A DNA stretch of 64,000 nucleotides. Source: an uncultured Clostridia bacterium (GTDB taxonomy: Bacteria; Bacillota; Limnochordia; Darwinibacteriales; DTU012). This document shows, piece by piece, positions 1 to 9,305 of the stretch (position 1 is its first letter; each line of letters opens with the position of its first letter). A program made the position numbers and the translations under genes. The DNA lies in NCBI GenBank assembly GCA_900019385.1, contig FIZJ01000011.1:4006-68005 (forward strand), in the 5' to 3' direction. The notes under the pieces were generated by a model. That model worked only from the letters and a program-made list of their open reading frames with translations. It searched no databases and was not told where the DNA came from.

Positions 1-1
1 C

Positions 2-1354
2 CAGGGTTTCAGCGAGATTGCCACACCAGTGACGGTAACTGGCATTGCCGGGAGGGCGCTGGCTCCTTTGGCCAAAGCGCTTGAGCCGTACAATGTCCAA
101 GTGATTCCCGGGGTAAGCGGCATTATGCAGCAGGTGGACGTATCAAGGCTGGAGCCAGGCTCGGCTTTTGCCGTTCAGCTTTTGCGCGGCGATTTTCAGG
201 TTGCCGCCTTTGGAACGATCACGGAAGTGGATGAGCAAAACCGATTTGTCGGCTTCGGCCATTCCTTCCTGCACAAAGGCGATGCCAACTATTTCGTGGC
301 TCCCGCGGTGATTCATTACACCATGCCCGGCTTGGAGATCCCGTATAAAATAGCCTCCGCCGGTGCGAGCGTTGGCGCGATCTACCAGGACAGAGCAGCC
401 GGTGTGGCAGGCACCCTCGACACGCAGGCGGCGTATATTCCCATCAACATTACCGTCACCGACGTGGAACGGCAGCGCCAGGACGTGTACCGGGTAGAAT
501 CGATCGCCGACAGCAGCCTGCTGGCGGCTCTGGTGATCAGCAGCGCTTATCAAGGGATTGATTCTTCACTGGACAGGATCGGATCCGGGACGGCCTACGT
601 AAGGTTGGAGTTTCACACCCACGATCTTCCGCAGCCGATCATCAGGGAGAACATGTTTTACAGCGATTCGGACATCGCTGTTTGGTCTTTGTCGGACTTG
701 ATGGACGGCCTGGAGGTTTTGATGGGCAACAATTTGCAGTCCATCGACTTAAAAGAGATCAACGTCAGCATTGTTGTGGAAAACACCCGGCGCACCGCCG
801 AGATTGAAAAAGCAATTCCCCGCAGATTCCAGGTTGAAGCCGGCGGCAGTGTCGAAGTCGAAGTCAGGATTCGCCCGTTCCGCAATGCGGTGGAAACCCG
901 TGTGTTAAGGATTGATATCCCGGAAGACACCTTGCCGGGGCTGATGACGGTCTCTGTCAGGGGCGGAAGCAGCGGGTATTTTTACGCCAAACCGACAGTG
1001 CACACCACATGGGAATCGCTGCAGGAGCAGGATGCCGATGTCATGTGGCGGGAGCCGACTCAGGCGGAGAGCCTTGATCTTTTGCTCACTGGATATATGA
1101 ACCGGGAACGGAACAACGAGATCGTGGCAGAGTTCTATCCATACATCGATCCGAATCCCGAGTACGACTTCGGCGATTATCCCCAATCCAGTTTCGGCGG
1201 AGAGGATAAAATCCCCATCAGCGAGGTAGTGATGCTCGAGAAAGATTTCGACAGTTCCCAGTGGGAACCTAACGACAATGAGCCGATCAGGGTACGTTTA
1301 ATCACTCAATATGTGATCGAAGGCTCGGCGTCGTTTGAGATTGAAGTGTTGTAG
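2..1354 (+). CDS. Peptidase S55 (SpoIVB-like) domain protein, 5' end outside the window
   Basis: The frame is open from the window edge, with no stop before the listed ATG at 29. FGTITEVDEQNRFVGFGHSF resembles the SpoIVB catalytic-His block (GT.TF.D...GALGH). IGSGTAYV sits where the GMSGSPI Ser block is expected. Both patterns are recalled, not computed. Confidence 0.4.
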   Translation, partial: QGFSEIATPVTVTGIAGRALAPLAKALEPYNVQVIPGVSGIMQQVDVSRLEPGSAFAVQLLRGDFQVAAFGTITEVDEQNRFVGFGHSFLHKGDANYFVAPAVIHYTMPGLEIPYKIASAGASVGAIYQDRAAGVAGTLDTQAAYIPINITVTDVERQRQDVYRVESIADSSLLAALVISSAYQGIDSSLDRIGSGTAYVRLEFHTHDLPQPIIRENMFYSDSDIAVWSLSDLMDGLEVLMGNNLQSIDLKEINVSIVVENTRRTAEIEKAIPRRFQVEAGGSVEVEVRIRPFRNAVETRVLRIDIPEDTLPGLMTVSVRGGSSGYFYAKPTVHTTWESLQEQDADVMWREPTQAESLDLLLTGYMNRERNNEIVAEFYPYIDPNPEYDFGDYPQSSFGGEDKIPISEVVMLEKDFDSSQWEPNDNEPIRVRLITQYVIEGSASFEIEVL

Positions 1355-1566
1355 GCTGGGGCTGTTACCCCCGGTAAATGACAGGGGGGCGGCGAACAGT
1401 ATTGTCAATTGGATGAAGCGGCGGCGTTTAATGCCAGCTGTAGCAGTAATTACTGCGAGGATCGCCGCAGGAAACCGCCAGCAGGCGTAGAATTAACGAA
1501 AAGATTGCCTTGATGTGGACTTATGTCATGAATAGAGGTTACCGTCAAATGTTAGGGGGCACTTTC

Positions 1567-3306
1567 ATGAGGTTTTTCAAACACGCAAGATTCAAATCTA
1601 CAGTGACGCTGTGTTTGGCTGCGCTTCTCATGGTTCTTTTTGTCCAGCCGGGGGCAGCTCAACGCCTGCAGGACATACCAGTCTCGGCAGTAGTCATCAG
1701 AGGCAACGCTTTGATCGATACAGCCATAATCCAACGGGCGATTACCAAGACCAGAGTCGGGTTCCCAGCCAACCAACGATATCTTGAGGATGACTGTCTG
1801 GCGATTGGTAGCCTCGGGTATTTTGAAAATGTCGAGGCCAAGGTGGAACTGACACCTGAGGGTACAATCATGGTCGCCTTCGTGGTCGAAGAAAACCCTG
1901 TTGTCAGCGAGATTGTCATTAAAGGGGCACAAGGCCTGCCCATCAATGAGTTTATCAAGCAGATGAAGGTCAAGCCGGGCGAAGTGTTCAACAGCAATCA
2001 TCTGATTGAGGATCTTTACAGTTTCAGCGAGTGGTCTTATGAGGTGCAGGGCAAACCACACTTCGCAACGGAAAACTATGGTGTTTCCAAGGCCGGTGTG
2101 GTCACGATCGAAGTCATGCCTTACAAACTCGGGAAGATCTCCGTCGAAGGAAACGAAAAGACAAAAGACCATGTCATTCTGCGCGAACTGACCTTCGGCC
2201 CTGGAGACGATATTGACATAGTTCAGGTTTTCAAGGACCTGCACAAAGTTTTCATGCTTGAGTTTTTTGATGAACCCCCCAGCTTCGTTTTCGAGGCGAC
2301 TGACAGAGCAGATGTGTACAACATGGTGATCCATGTAAAGGAAACCAAGACCGGCAGCGCCGACTTTGGTGTCGGATACAGTTCCAAGAGCGGTATTTTT
2401 GGATATGTTGACATTTCCGACAGAAATCTGTTCGGCAACGGACAGTACGGCAGCCTTTTCTTCGAGATCGGCAAAGGGACACGTTCGTACAGGTTGAGGT
2501 TCAGAGAGCCATACCTGCTTCCAGACGGCACCTCTTTTGAAATCAGCCTGTATAATACCCACGACAAAGTCAAGGAAAAAATCGATGACGATTTATCCAA
2601 GATCGGGACAGCCCATGTCCTCGGCGGCAGCATAGCATTTGGCCGGCCGTTGGGTGAGTATACGCGGGGTTCGCTGAGCCTGCGGGCGGAGAGCCATAAC
2701 TTCAGCGGCGATATTGAAGAGGTATGGGAGCCGTTCAAGCTTCTGACCATTGGAGCGAACGTCGAAACCAACACCAGCAACCATCCATTCGCGCCCACGC
2801 AGGGTTATGTTTCCTATTTGGGGCTTGAGACAGGTCTCACCTTTAACGGCGAGAAGGCCTCTTATTCCAAACTGACTGTGGACCACCGCCGCTACTACGA
2901 ACTCCTCGATGACAAGCTGGTCCTTGCGGTCAGAGGTTCCGGAGGAAGAGCCCTCACCGGCACCTTGCCTGATCCTGAACTGTTTAGGATCGGCGGCAGT
3001 GAAACGCTGAGAGGGTACGCCTACGGCGAGGAAGGCTTGGCAGGCGACAAAGTGCTGCTGTTTAACACAGAGCTGCGGTTCCCCCTCTGGGATTTCCTGT
3101 CCGGTGTGGTGTTCTTCGATGCCGGCAAGGCGTGGGAAAAGGATGAGCGCATGAATCCGCTTGACCTGCTCCACAGCAACGGCTTCGGCATCGGTGTGAG
3201 GGTTGACACTCCATTAGGACTGCTCCGCTTCGACTATGGATGGGGGCTCAACGAAGAACACGGCCGGGAAGGGCACTTTTACTTCGGCTTGGGCCATACT
3301 TTCTAG
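1567..3306 (+). CDS. bamA: Outer membrane protein assembly factor BamA (Omp85/POTRA)
   Basis: Likely start is ATG 1567 (MRFFKHARFKSTVTLCLAALLMVLF signal peptide, G-rich SD upstream). It has POTRA-like N-terminal repeats. The Omp85 barrel contains RGY..GE.G motifs and ends in FYFGLGHTF, an aromatic beta-signal. Confidence 0.85.
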   Translation: MRFFKHARFKSTVTLCLAALLMVLFVQPGAAQRLQDIPVSAVVIRGNALIDTAIIQRAITKTRVGFPANQRYLEDDCLAIGSLGYFENVEAKVELTPEGTIMVAFVVEENPVVSEIVIKGAQGLPINEFIKQMKVKPGEVFNSNHLIEDLYSFSEWSYEVQGKPHFATENYGVSKAGVVTIEVMPYKLGKISVEGNEKTKDHVILRELTFGPGDDIDIVQVFKDLHKVFMLEFFDEPPSFVFEATDRADVYNMVIHVKETKTGSADFGVGYSSKSGIFGYVDISDRNLFGNGQYGSLFFEIGKGTRSYRLRFREPYLLPDGTSFEISLYNTHDKVKEKIDDDLSKIGTAHVLGGSIAFGRPLGEYTRGSLSLRAESHNFSGDIEEVWEPFKLLTIGANVETNTSNHPFAPTQGYVSYLGLETGLTFNGEKASYSKLTVDHRRYYELLDDKLVLAVRGSGGRALTGTLPDPELFRIGGSETLRGYAYGEEGLAGDKVLLFNTELRFPLWDFLSGVVFFDAGKAWEKDERMNPLDLLHSNGFGIGVRVDTPLGLLRFDYGWGLNEEHGREGHFYFGLGHTF

Positions 3307-3326
3307 CGCTGTTTTTAAGCACTCCC

Positions 3327-3370
3327 AAACCCAGGAACGATTCGGCAAGGATCGTTTCCTGGGTTTTTTT
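3327..3370 (+). terminator. Rho-independent terminator after bamA
   Basis: AAACCCAGGAACGAT / ATCGTTTCCTGGGTTT stem with one bulge, followed by a run of 7 T. Confidence 0.7.
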
Positions 3371-3374
3371 GGAT

Positions 3375-3404
3375 TTGCATCGAGATCCCCTCGGTTGCTA
3401 TAAT
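3375..3404 (+). promoter_or_regulatory. Sigma-70-type promoter for the skp genes
   Basis: TTGCAT, 18 nt spacer, TGcTATAAT (extended -10). It lies about 45 nt upstream of the strong SD GGGGAGGAGG and ATG 3452. Confidence 0.5.
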
Positions 3405-3451
3405 GAACTTGTTGCGAACAGTAACTATTACAAACAGGGGAGGAGGATAAG

Positions 3452-3865
3452 ATGCTTAAGCAAAAGGGATATCTCGGCGGCCTGTTGGTTTTAGTCGCGG
3501 CGGCTTTATTGATTGTTTTTTTCTGGGTCAGCTCGGTTCAAGGCCAAAACAGCGGTAGAATCGCTGTAGTTGATACGCAGGCTTTATTCTCCCGGTACCT
3601 TGCAGCTCCGCTGTATGAAGCCCGGGATCGGCTGCAGGCAGAATACGACGCAAAGGCTGACGGCCTTTCCGATGAGGAGGCTGCCAAGCTTTTCATGGAG
3701 TACCAGGCGAAATTGGAGGCCGTAGAGCGCGAATACAGCGGCAAAGTTGACGAGGCTGTGGCCAAAGTTGCCGGCGAACAGAATCTGCAGGTAGTGATGG
3801 ACGCATCCGCCATCCTTTACGGCGGTGTGGACATCACAGAAGATGTGCTTCGTGTCCTCAAGTAA
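3452..3865 (+). CDS. skp: OmpH/Skp-like periplasmic chaperone
   Basis: 137 aa with a signal/anchor segment, then a helical Lys/Glu/Ala-rich body. IAVVD..ALF near the N-terminus and a DIT..VL tail are typical of OmpH. It sits next to bamA. Confidence 0.7.
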   Translation: MLKQKGYLGGLLVLVAAALLIVFFWVSSVQGQNSGRIAVVDTQALFSRYLAAPLYEARDRLQAEYDAKADGLSDEEAAKLFMEYQAKLEAVEREYSGKVDEAVAKVAGEQNLQVVMDASAILYGGVDITEDVLRVLK

Positions 3866-3925
3866 GGGAATTGATGCGTAGAGCAGCCGCGGCCAGGGAA
3901 TAATAGTCACTGATCAATAGAGGCG

Positions 3926-4360
3926 GTGATGATGATGAAATATCTTCCCTGGCTGTTGACTGCCCTCCTTGCCGGAGCCTTGATTTGGGTCCTTTCGACC
4001 CAGGCGGTCACAGTGAACAATGTAGGGTTGATTGATATGGGCAAAATCTTGAGCGAAAGCCAGTATGCCCAGCGGTTGAATGACCAGCTGTCCGAGAAAT
4101 ACGATCAATTGGTGGCGCAGCTGCAGGCCAGCGCTGAATCGGAAGACATCGACGAAGAGAAAAAGGCGGAGCAGGACCGAGCGCTTTATGCCGAATACCT
4201 CCGTTTCAGGCAGGAACTGGAAACCCAGTTTCAAGCCGCTTTGGACCGGGCTATCGCCGAAGCCGCCGGCGATGCGAATCTGCAGTTGGTCCTGGATGTG
4301 GATTTGGTAAGGTTCGGCGGCAGGGATATCAGTGATCAGATCATCAAACGTTTGGACTAA
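3926..4360 (+). CDS. OmpH/Skp-like periplasmic chaperone, second copy
   Basis: 144 aa with the same architecture (signal peptide, VGLIDMGKIL, coiled-coil body, DISDQIIKRL tail). The start is ambiguous among GTG/ATG codons at 3926-3935. Confidence 0.65.
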   Translation: MMMMKYLPWLLTALLAGALIWVLSTQAVTVNNVGLIDMGKILSESQYAQRLNDQLSEKYDQLVAQLQASAESEDIDEEKKAEQDRALYAEYLRFRQELETQFQAALDRAIAEAAGDANLQLVLDVDLVRFGGRDISDQIIKRLD

Positions 4361-4394
4361 AGCCATAAAACGATCGAGCCAGGAGAATCAATAT

Positions 4395-4424
4395 AGATGG
4401 GAGGCTGCTTCCATCTCTTTTTTT
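4395..4424 (+). terminator. Rho-independent terminator after the second skp
   Basis: AGATGG..CCATCT hairpin followed by CTTTTTTT. Confidence 0.55.
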
Positions 4425-4512
4425 GTTCCAGCAAATACCGATCTGGCAAAGGAGGTAATTTCTTAAAAAGAATAGAATAGTTATCCTGATCAGGAAGGGG
4501 AAGGAATGCCAT

Positions 4513-5157
4513 ATGCACCGTTATCACAGCAAGTTAGCAGCGCTGCTTGTCATTGTACTTATGATTGGGTTGTCCGGTTCCGCGGCAGCCCACAATGTCT
4601 TTGGTTCGACAGGGTTGATCAACATACCGACGGCGTCAGTGGCTCCCAGTGGATCGTTCAGCGCCGCCTATCATTTGTTCGGGGGCGGAAGCCATCTCTC
4701 GATGATTCTGGGCGCGTTTCCAAACGTGGAAGTGGGGCTTGTGTCCCGCTTCGGAGAACCTGGCGCCGGGTTTTTCGGCAGTGTCAAAGTGCAGCTCCTC
4801 CAGGAAGGTGACTACCCGGGGGTTGCCGTTGGACTGACTACCAACGGCGATACGGCCAGTTATTATATTGTGGGGAGCATGCAGATCGGCGCGCCGGGGA
4901 TCCGCGGCCATATTGGTTTTGGTTCAGGCCAGTTCAGCCGGGGGTTTGCCGGAATCAGCAGTGTCCTCAACCCTGTGACAGTCATCAGCAGCGACCGGAA
5001 GTTCAGCATGCCTGTAACGACCGTGATCGTGGAGACTGACGGATGGCGGATCAACACCGGTCTGTCTCTGAAGTTCAACCAGGAATTGTCGGCCAAAGTG
5101 ATGGTTTCGGGCTTTAAGGACTTCGGTTTTGGAGTGAGTTATTCCCATCGTTTCTAG
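4513..5157 (+). CDS. Short YjbH-like outer-membrane beta-barrel protein
   Basis: Signal peptide ending AAA-HN. TGLINIPTA plus VKVQLLQEGDYPGVAVGLTTNGDT follow the recalled YjbH pattern (GL...P.A ... K.qLl.E....PalAvG..D..G). The C-terminus is YSHRF. Confidence 0.5.
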   Translation: MHRYHSKLAALLVIVLMIGLSGSAAAHNVFGSTGLINIPTASVAPSGSFSAAYHLFGGGSHLSMILGAFPNVEVGLVSRFGEPGAGFFGSVKVQLLQEGDYPGVAVGLTTNGDTASYYIVGSMQIGAPGIRGHIGFGSGQFSRGFAGISSVLNPVTVISSDRKFSMPVTTVIVETDGWRINTGLSLKFNQELSAKVMVSGFKDFGFGVSYSHRF

Positions 5158-5172
5158 GATGGAGGGTCTCAA

Positions 5173-5952
5173 ATGATGAGAAGGATCGGGTTTGCGGGAC
5201 TAGTTGTGCTGCTTTTGCTTGTCTTGGGAAGCACAGGTTCAGCTTTTAACCCAAACGCGGCTGTCGACGGCAATATCAGCCGCGCCAACCGCAATCCTGC
5301 GGGATTGATGGGGTTGAAAACCCCAGAATTCGGCTTCCAGCTGCGAATTGTTTCACAAGAATCCGGGGAAGAAGCGGAAGCAGGCGAGCCTGCTACCTAC
5401 TCCCGGCAGTATCATCTGCTCTATGCCGAACCAGACTATGGGACCGGAGCCGGGCTGCTCCATTTCATCTACAGTGATTCCCTCAGGCAGATAACTTATG
5501 CCGTCGCCGATGATCTGGCGGGTAGGGTCAACGCCGGCCTGTCCCTAAAGTATATCAACATTCCCGGAGAAGAGAGCAAGTATGTCAGCACCGATTTAGG
5601 CCTCCAGGTAGGAGATTTTTACCTGTTCCGCCTCGGTGTTCTGGTGGAGAACTTCTGGCATCTCAAAGTCGGCGAAACGGAAGCAGCCCTGCCCACCAAC
5701 GTTGTGCTGGGCGCCGCAGTCAGGCTGGGGGAATTTGGTACAGCTACGGTGGATGTCAATGATGTCCTCAACGCCAATTCCGCCAGAAAGCTGATGCTGG
5801 GAGTGGAAATCAAACCCTTTCGGTTCTTGACGCTCAGGGCCGGATGGGACGAAGGTTGGACAGCAGGAGCAGGGTTTGTATACCGCCAAATCAAGCTTGG
5901 TTATGACTGGGCCCAAGGGCAGCATCATTTAAGTTTCCGCTGGCAGTTCTAA
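5173..5952 (+). CDS. Putative outer-membrane beta-barrel protein (NPAGL motif)
   Basis: Signal peptide, an N-terminal NPAGL motif as in several OM barrel families, alternating beta-strand-like pattern, and C-terminal SFRWQF. Confidence 0.45.
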   Translation: MMRRIGFAGLVVLLLLVLGSTGSAFNPNAAVDGNISRANRNPAGLMGLKTPEFGFQLRIVSQESGEEAEAGEPATYSRQYHLLYAEPDYGTGAGLLHFIYSDSLRQITYAVADDLAGRVNAGLSLKYINIPGEESKYVSTDLGLQVGDFYLFRLGVLVENFWHLKVGETEAALPTNVVLGAAVRLGEFGTATVDVNDVLNANSARKLMLGVEIKPFRFLTLRAGWDEGWTAGAGFVYRQIKLGYDWAQGQHHLSFRWQF

Positions 5953-5971
5953 TCTGAAAAGGTGACCGAGG

Positions 5972-7090
5972 ATGATTCAAACCAAGTCATACCGGACCGT
6001 TGTTCTGCGCGGTTCTTCGATCTTGGATCGATACACTCTGCGGGAGTTTTTCTGGCCCTTTGTCTTTTGTGTGGTCGGGTTTACCGTTATTCTCTTAAGC
6101 GGTGTCCTGTTTGAGCTGATTGATCTGTTTTTAGTCAAACGGGTGGCTATCAAAATAGTGATCAGAATGCTGGTCTATTATATACCGGGGATTGTGGTCA
6201 TGACCCTGCCGGTGGCGGCTTTGTTTTCCACGCTGTTGAGTTTGGGCCGCATGAATGAGGACAGTGAAATGATCATCATGTGCAGCAGCGGCCTGCCGTA
6301 CTGGCGGATCATGATTCCAGTAGTGATTGCCGGGCTGATCATCAGCGGTGTTACCTATGTCTTGAATGAGGAAGTCGTGCCCTGGACGAACCACGAGTTT
6401 CAAAAACTGTTCCGGGAGCTTGTCTATCAGGAAGACGCGCCCTTGATTGAGGAAAACATCTTTTTCCTGGGCGGCGAGAACCGGTATTTCTACATCAACG
6501 AAGTGAACAAACAGCTGCGCCAGCTGAAGAACGTCCTGGTGTATGAAACGGGGCCGGATCAGTTCCCACGTATGATCACAGCCACTTCCGGCACTTACAG
6601 GGATCATCTGTGGATTTTGTACGACGGGATCGTCCAGAATTTCGATGAAGACGGTTATGTAAGTTATCAGACGCGGTTTGAGACCATGCAGATCACCACA
6701 CCCGACGCCTCTGATCTGTATTTCGGCAATCAGAAAACCAGCGACGAGATGAGCCGCAAGGAACTGAAAGAGCATATTGACCGGTTTCAGCGCAGTGGCT
6801 TGAAAGTGCTGTCGTTCGTTGTGGATTATCATTTGAAGCTGGCGCTGCCCATGGCCTCTTTCATTTTTGTGTTGTTTGCCGCGCCTTTGAGCCTGTTCAG
6901 CAAGAGCAGTAAATCATTTGGGATCGCCGTAAGCCTGATTGTGACAGTGATGTATTATGTGGCGACACCGGTTTGCCGCTCGCTGGCCATCAACGAAGTC
7001 TTCCATCCTCTGTTCGCCGCCTGGCTGACCAACGGGGTTTTCGCCATCACCGGAATTGTCCTCCTGATCCGCGCCGATCGGTTACATTGA
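5972..7090 (+). CDS. LPS export ABC permease, LptF/LptG (YjgP/YjgQ) family
   Basis: 372 aa. It starts with ILDRYTLREFFWPFVF, has three N-terminal TM segments, a periplasmic beta-jellyroll-sized insert, and three C-terminal TM segments. It sits directly upstream of lptD. Confidence 0.8.
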   Translation: MIQTKSYRTVVLRGSSILDRYTLREFFWPFVFCVVGFTVILLSGVLFELIDLFLVKRVAIKIVIRMLVYYIPGIVVMTLPVAALFSTLLSLGRMNEDSEMIIMCSSGLPYWRIMIPVVIAGLIISGVTYVLNEEVVPWTNHEFQKLFRELVYQEDAPLIEENIFFLGGENRYFYINEVNKQLRQLKNVLVYETGPDQFPRMITATSGTYRDHLWILYDGIVQNFDEDGYVSYQTRFETMQITTPDASDLYFGNQKTSDEMSRKELKEHIDRFQRSGLKVLSFVVDYHLKLALPMASFIFVLFAAPLSLFSKSSKSFGIAVSLIVTVMYYVATPVCRSLAINEVFHPLFAAWLTNGVFAITGIVLLIRADRLH

Positions 7091-7091
7091 G

Positions 7092-9284
7092 ATGAAGGTG
7101 GTCCCTTTGCATACTTACAAGAACCGAAAACCGATAGTGCTGCTGATACTGCTGGCAGCCGCGCTGACGCCGCTTTTGGCGGGCTTTCCGGTTTGTGCTG
7201 CCGATAATGATAAGATTACTATCGAGGGTACAGAATTCCTTGAGATGGATCTTGAGGCGCTGCTGTTCCGCGGGTCGGGAAATATAACCGTTAAAGGGGA
7301 AAACCTGGAACTGACAGGCGACAAACTGGTCTACGACGAGCAGAATCAGTTGTTGTTCCTGGAAGGCAATGTCACACTTTCCCAAGGTGATGCTTACATG
7401 GAAGGGGAGAGCCTGGTCTACAACATCGCCGAAGAGCGGGGAGAGATTGTCAACGGGACAAGCTATCTGATCTCGGAAAAAATCGAAGGCACGGTTTTCG
7501 TTTATGGCGAACACCTGCGGATTGATTCCGGAGACTATTTTATCGAGGACGGCAGAATATCCACCTGCGACTTGAGTGAACCACACTATCATCTGGCAGT
7601 CAAGAAAATAGACATTTATCCCGGTGAGAAAATGGTCATTCACGGTGTGCGCTTCTATGAGGGGAAGATGCCCCTGTTTTACTGGCCGTATCTCGTTATT
7701 CCGTTGGACGATCGTTATGACGAGGATTTCACTTTGCCGGAAATCGGGTACAACGCCGAAGACGGCTACTATTTCAAGCACCGGTATAAGTATCATCTGA
7801 GCCCCAATGCCCACGGTTCTCTGATCTATGAGTATTACACCCGCAAAGGCCTGGGCTTGGGAGTGGATCACAAATACGATCATGACACCCTTGGCGGCGG
7901 CGGAATCGCTTTGTATCTCCTGCCTTTCGCCGCGAGCAAATATTTTGTCGGCCAACTCCAGCACGAATACGAGGCTGAAGGGATCCGCTTCAGCACGAAC
8001 AACTCTTATACAAGGCAGTATGTGGATCAGGTGCTGGAGCAGAATATCGCCAGTTCCACCAGTGTTTCGTACCAGGCGGGAGGCACCCGTTTGACGGCAA
8101 GCTTCAACTACGGCTTGGAGCGCAAGGGTGAGGAGAGCAGCCGGACATGGAGCGCGTCGGGCAGCTGGCGTCAGCAGCTCTTGCCCAACTGGATGCTGGA
8201 TCTCAGTTCCAAGGCCGTGGCGAAAGATGAAACAACGACTTATGACCATTTGGCGGAGACAAGCTACACCTACAACAACCACCGTTTCAGCCTGGCGGTG
8301 CAGCAGAAATACAACCCGGATCTCTTGGATGAGGCTGCGGCACCAACCTGGAAAAGCCTCAACCGCCTTCCCGAAGTTACCTGGCAGTGGACGAACCCCA
8401 GCTTGCTTGGGCTGTCGTTTCCCGGCAGGTTCCAGCTCTCGGCCGGCAGATTCGAGGAGTATCCTTCGGGAGTAGCCACCTGGCGGGTGGTTCCGGCGCT
8501 GGAGCTATTCTCCCGCAGCTGGCGCTCTGATTTCGGTACCACGGTAACTTACAGCGGCAATGTGTCCAGCAGTTTCTACGGCAGCGGCCAAAGCCTGAAC
8601 GCTGCCTATGGGCGTGTCGGCATAACCCAAAAGCTTACTGATACCACCAGTGTGACGGCCAATTACTACAAGCGCCTGGTCTGGGGTGAGACTCCCTTCC
8701 GCTTTGACCGTCAGACTGCCCAGGATCTGCTGCGGGGCACCCTTAGGTATACTAAGCGTCCGTGGACAGTTACAGTCAACACAGGGTACGATTTCTTAAA
8801 GGACAGGTATGAGACGCTGCGGACACAGGTTAACTTCAGCAGCGCCACCGAGCCGGTCACCGCCGGGATCACGCTGAACTACGACATTAACAACCGGCGC
8901 TTCGGCGACTTGAGCGCGAACATCAACTACAAGCCCAAAAGCGACTGGGTGTTCAGCCTGGGGGTTGTTTACAACATCCAAAACAAGCAGTGGAAGCGGA
9001 TCAACGGCAAAATCCAGTTTGATTTGGCTGAGGATGTCAGCTTGAGCTACGATTTGAACTACGAGCCGACAAAGGCATCCAATAAGCTCAAACAGGGCAA
9101 GCTGACTGTCACCTTTGATCTGCACTGCCGTAAGCTGGAAATGAGCTATGATCAGGTGCGGAAGGAGTTCCGGGTCCAGTACTCCATCAATGCCTTCCCC
9201 AAGCTGCCCATCGGGTACAGCACTCAGGAAGGGATCCGGTTTTTCAAGATTGAAGACCTGAAAGACTTGATAGGAAACGAGTAA
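7092..9284 (+). CDS. lptD: LPS-assembly outer membrane protein LptD (OstA family)
   Basis: Signal peptide and an OstA-like N-domain (ITIEG..LE..GNVTL). It has the STCDL..PHYHL..KKIDIYPG...MPLFYWPYLVIPLD motif block typical of LptD, then a long Tyr/Asn-rich barrel. Confidence 0.75.
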   Translation: MKVVPLHTYKNRKPIVLLILLAAALTPLLAGFPVCAADNDKITIEGTEFLEMDLEALLFRGSGNITVKGENLELTGDKLVYDEQNQLLFLEGNVTLSQGDAYMEGESLVYNIAEERGEIVNGTSYLISEKIEGTVFVYGEHLRIDSGDYFIEDGRISTCDLSEPHYHLAVKKIDIYPGEKMVIHGVRFYEGKMPLFYWPYLVIPLDDRYDEDFTLPEIGYNAEDGYYFKHRYKYHLSPNAHGSLIYEYYTRKGLGLGVDHKYDHDTLGGGGIALYLLPFAASKYFVGQLQHEYEAEGIRFSTNNSYTRQYVDQVLEQNIASSTSVSYQAGGTRLTASFNYGLERKGEESSRTWSASGSWRQQLLPNWMLDLSSKAVAKDETTTYDHLAETSYTYNNHRFSLAVQQKYNPDLLDEAAAPTWKSLNRLPEVTWQWTNPSLLGLSFPGRFQLSAGRFEEYPSGVATWRVVPALELFSRSWRSDFGTTVTYSGNVSSSFYGSGQSLNAAYGRVGITQKLTDTTSVTANYYKRLVWGETPFRFDRQTAQDLLRGTLRYTKRPWTVTVNTGYDFLKDRYETLRTQVNFSSATEPVTAGITLNYDINNRRFGDLSANINYKPKSDWVFSLGVVYNIQNKQWKRINGKIQFDLAEDVSLSYDLNYEPTKASNKLKQGKLTVTFDLHCRKLEMSYDQVRKEFRVQYSINAFPKLPIGYSTQEGIRFFKIEDLKDLIGNE

Positions 9285-9305
9285 TCCGGCGGTGGAGGTG
9301 AGATT

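Noticed and set aside
7047-8282. 411-aa minus-strand ORF.
   Set aside because: It is antisense to lptD, has no motifs, and has typical shadow-frame composition. The same reasoning applies to 1552-2562 (antisense bamA), 38055-38897 (antisense aroB), 55503-56570 (antisense cpaE), 56903-57928 (antisense cpaF), 61224-62159 (antisense comFA) and 19071-19784 (antisense OmpM-like).
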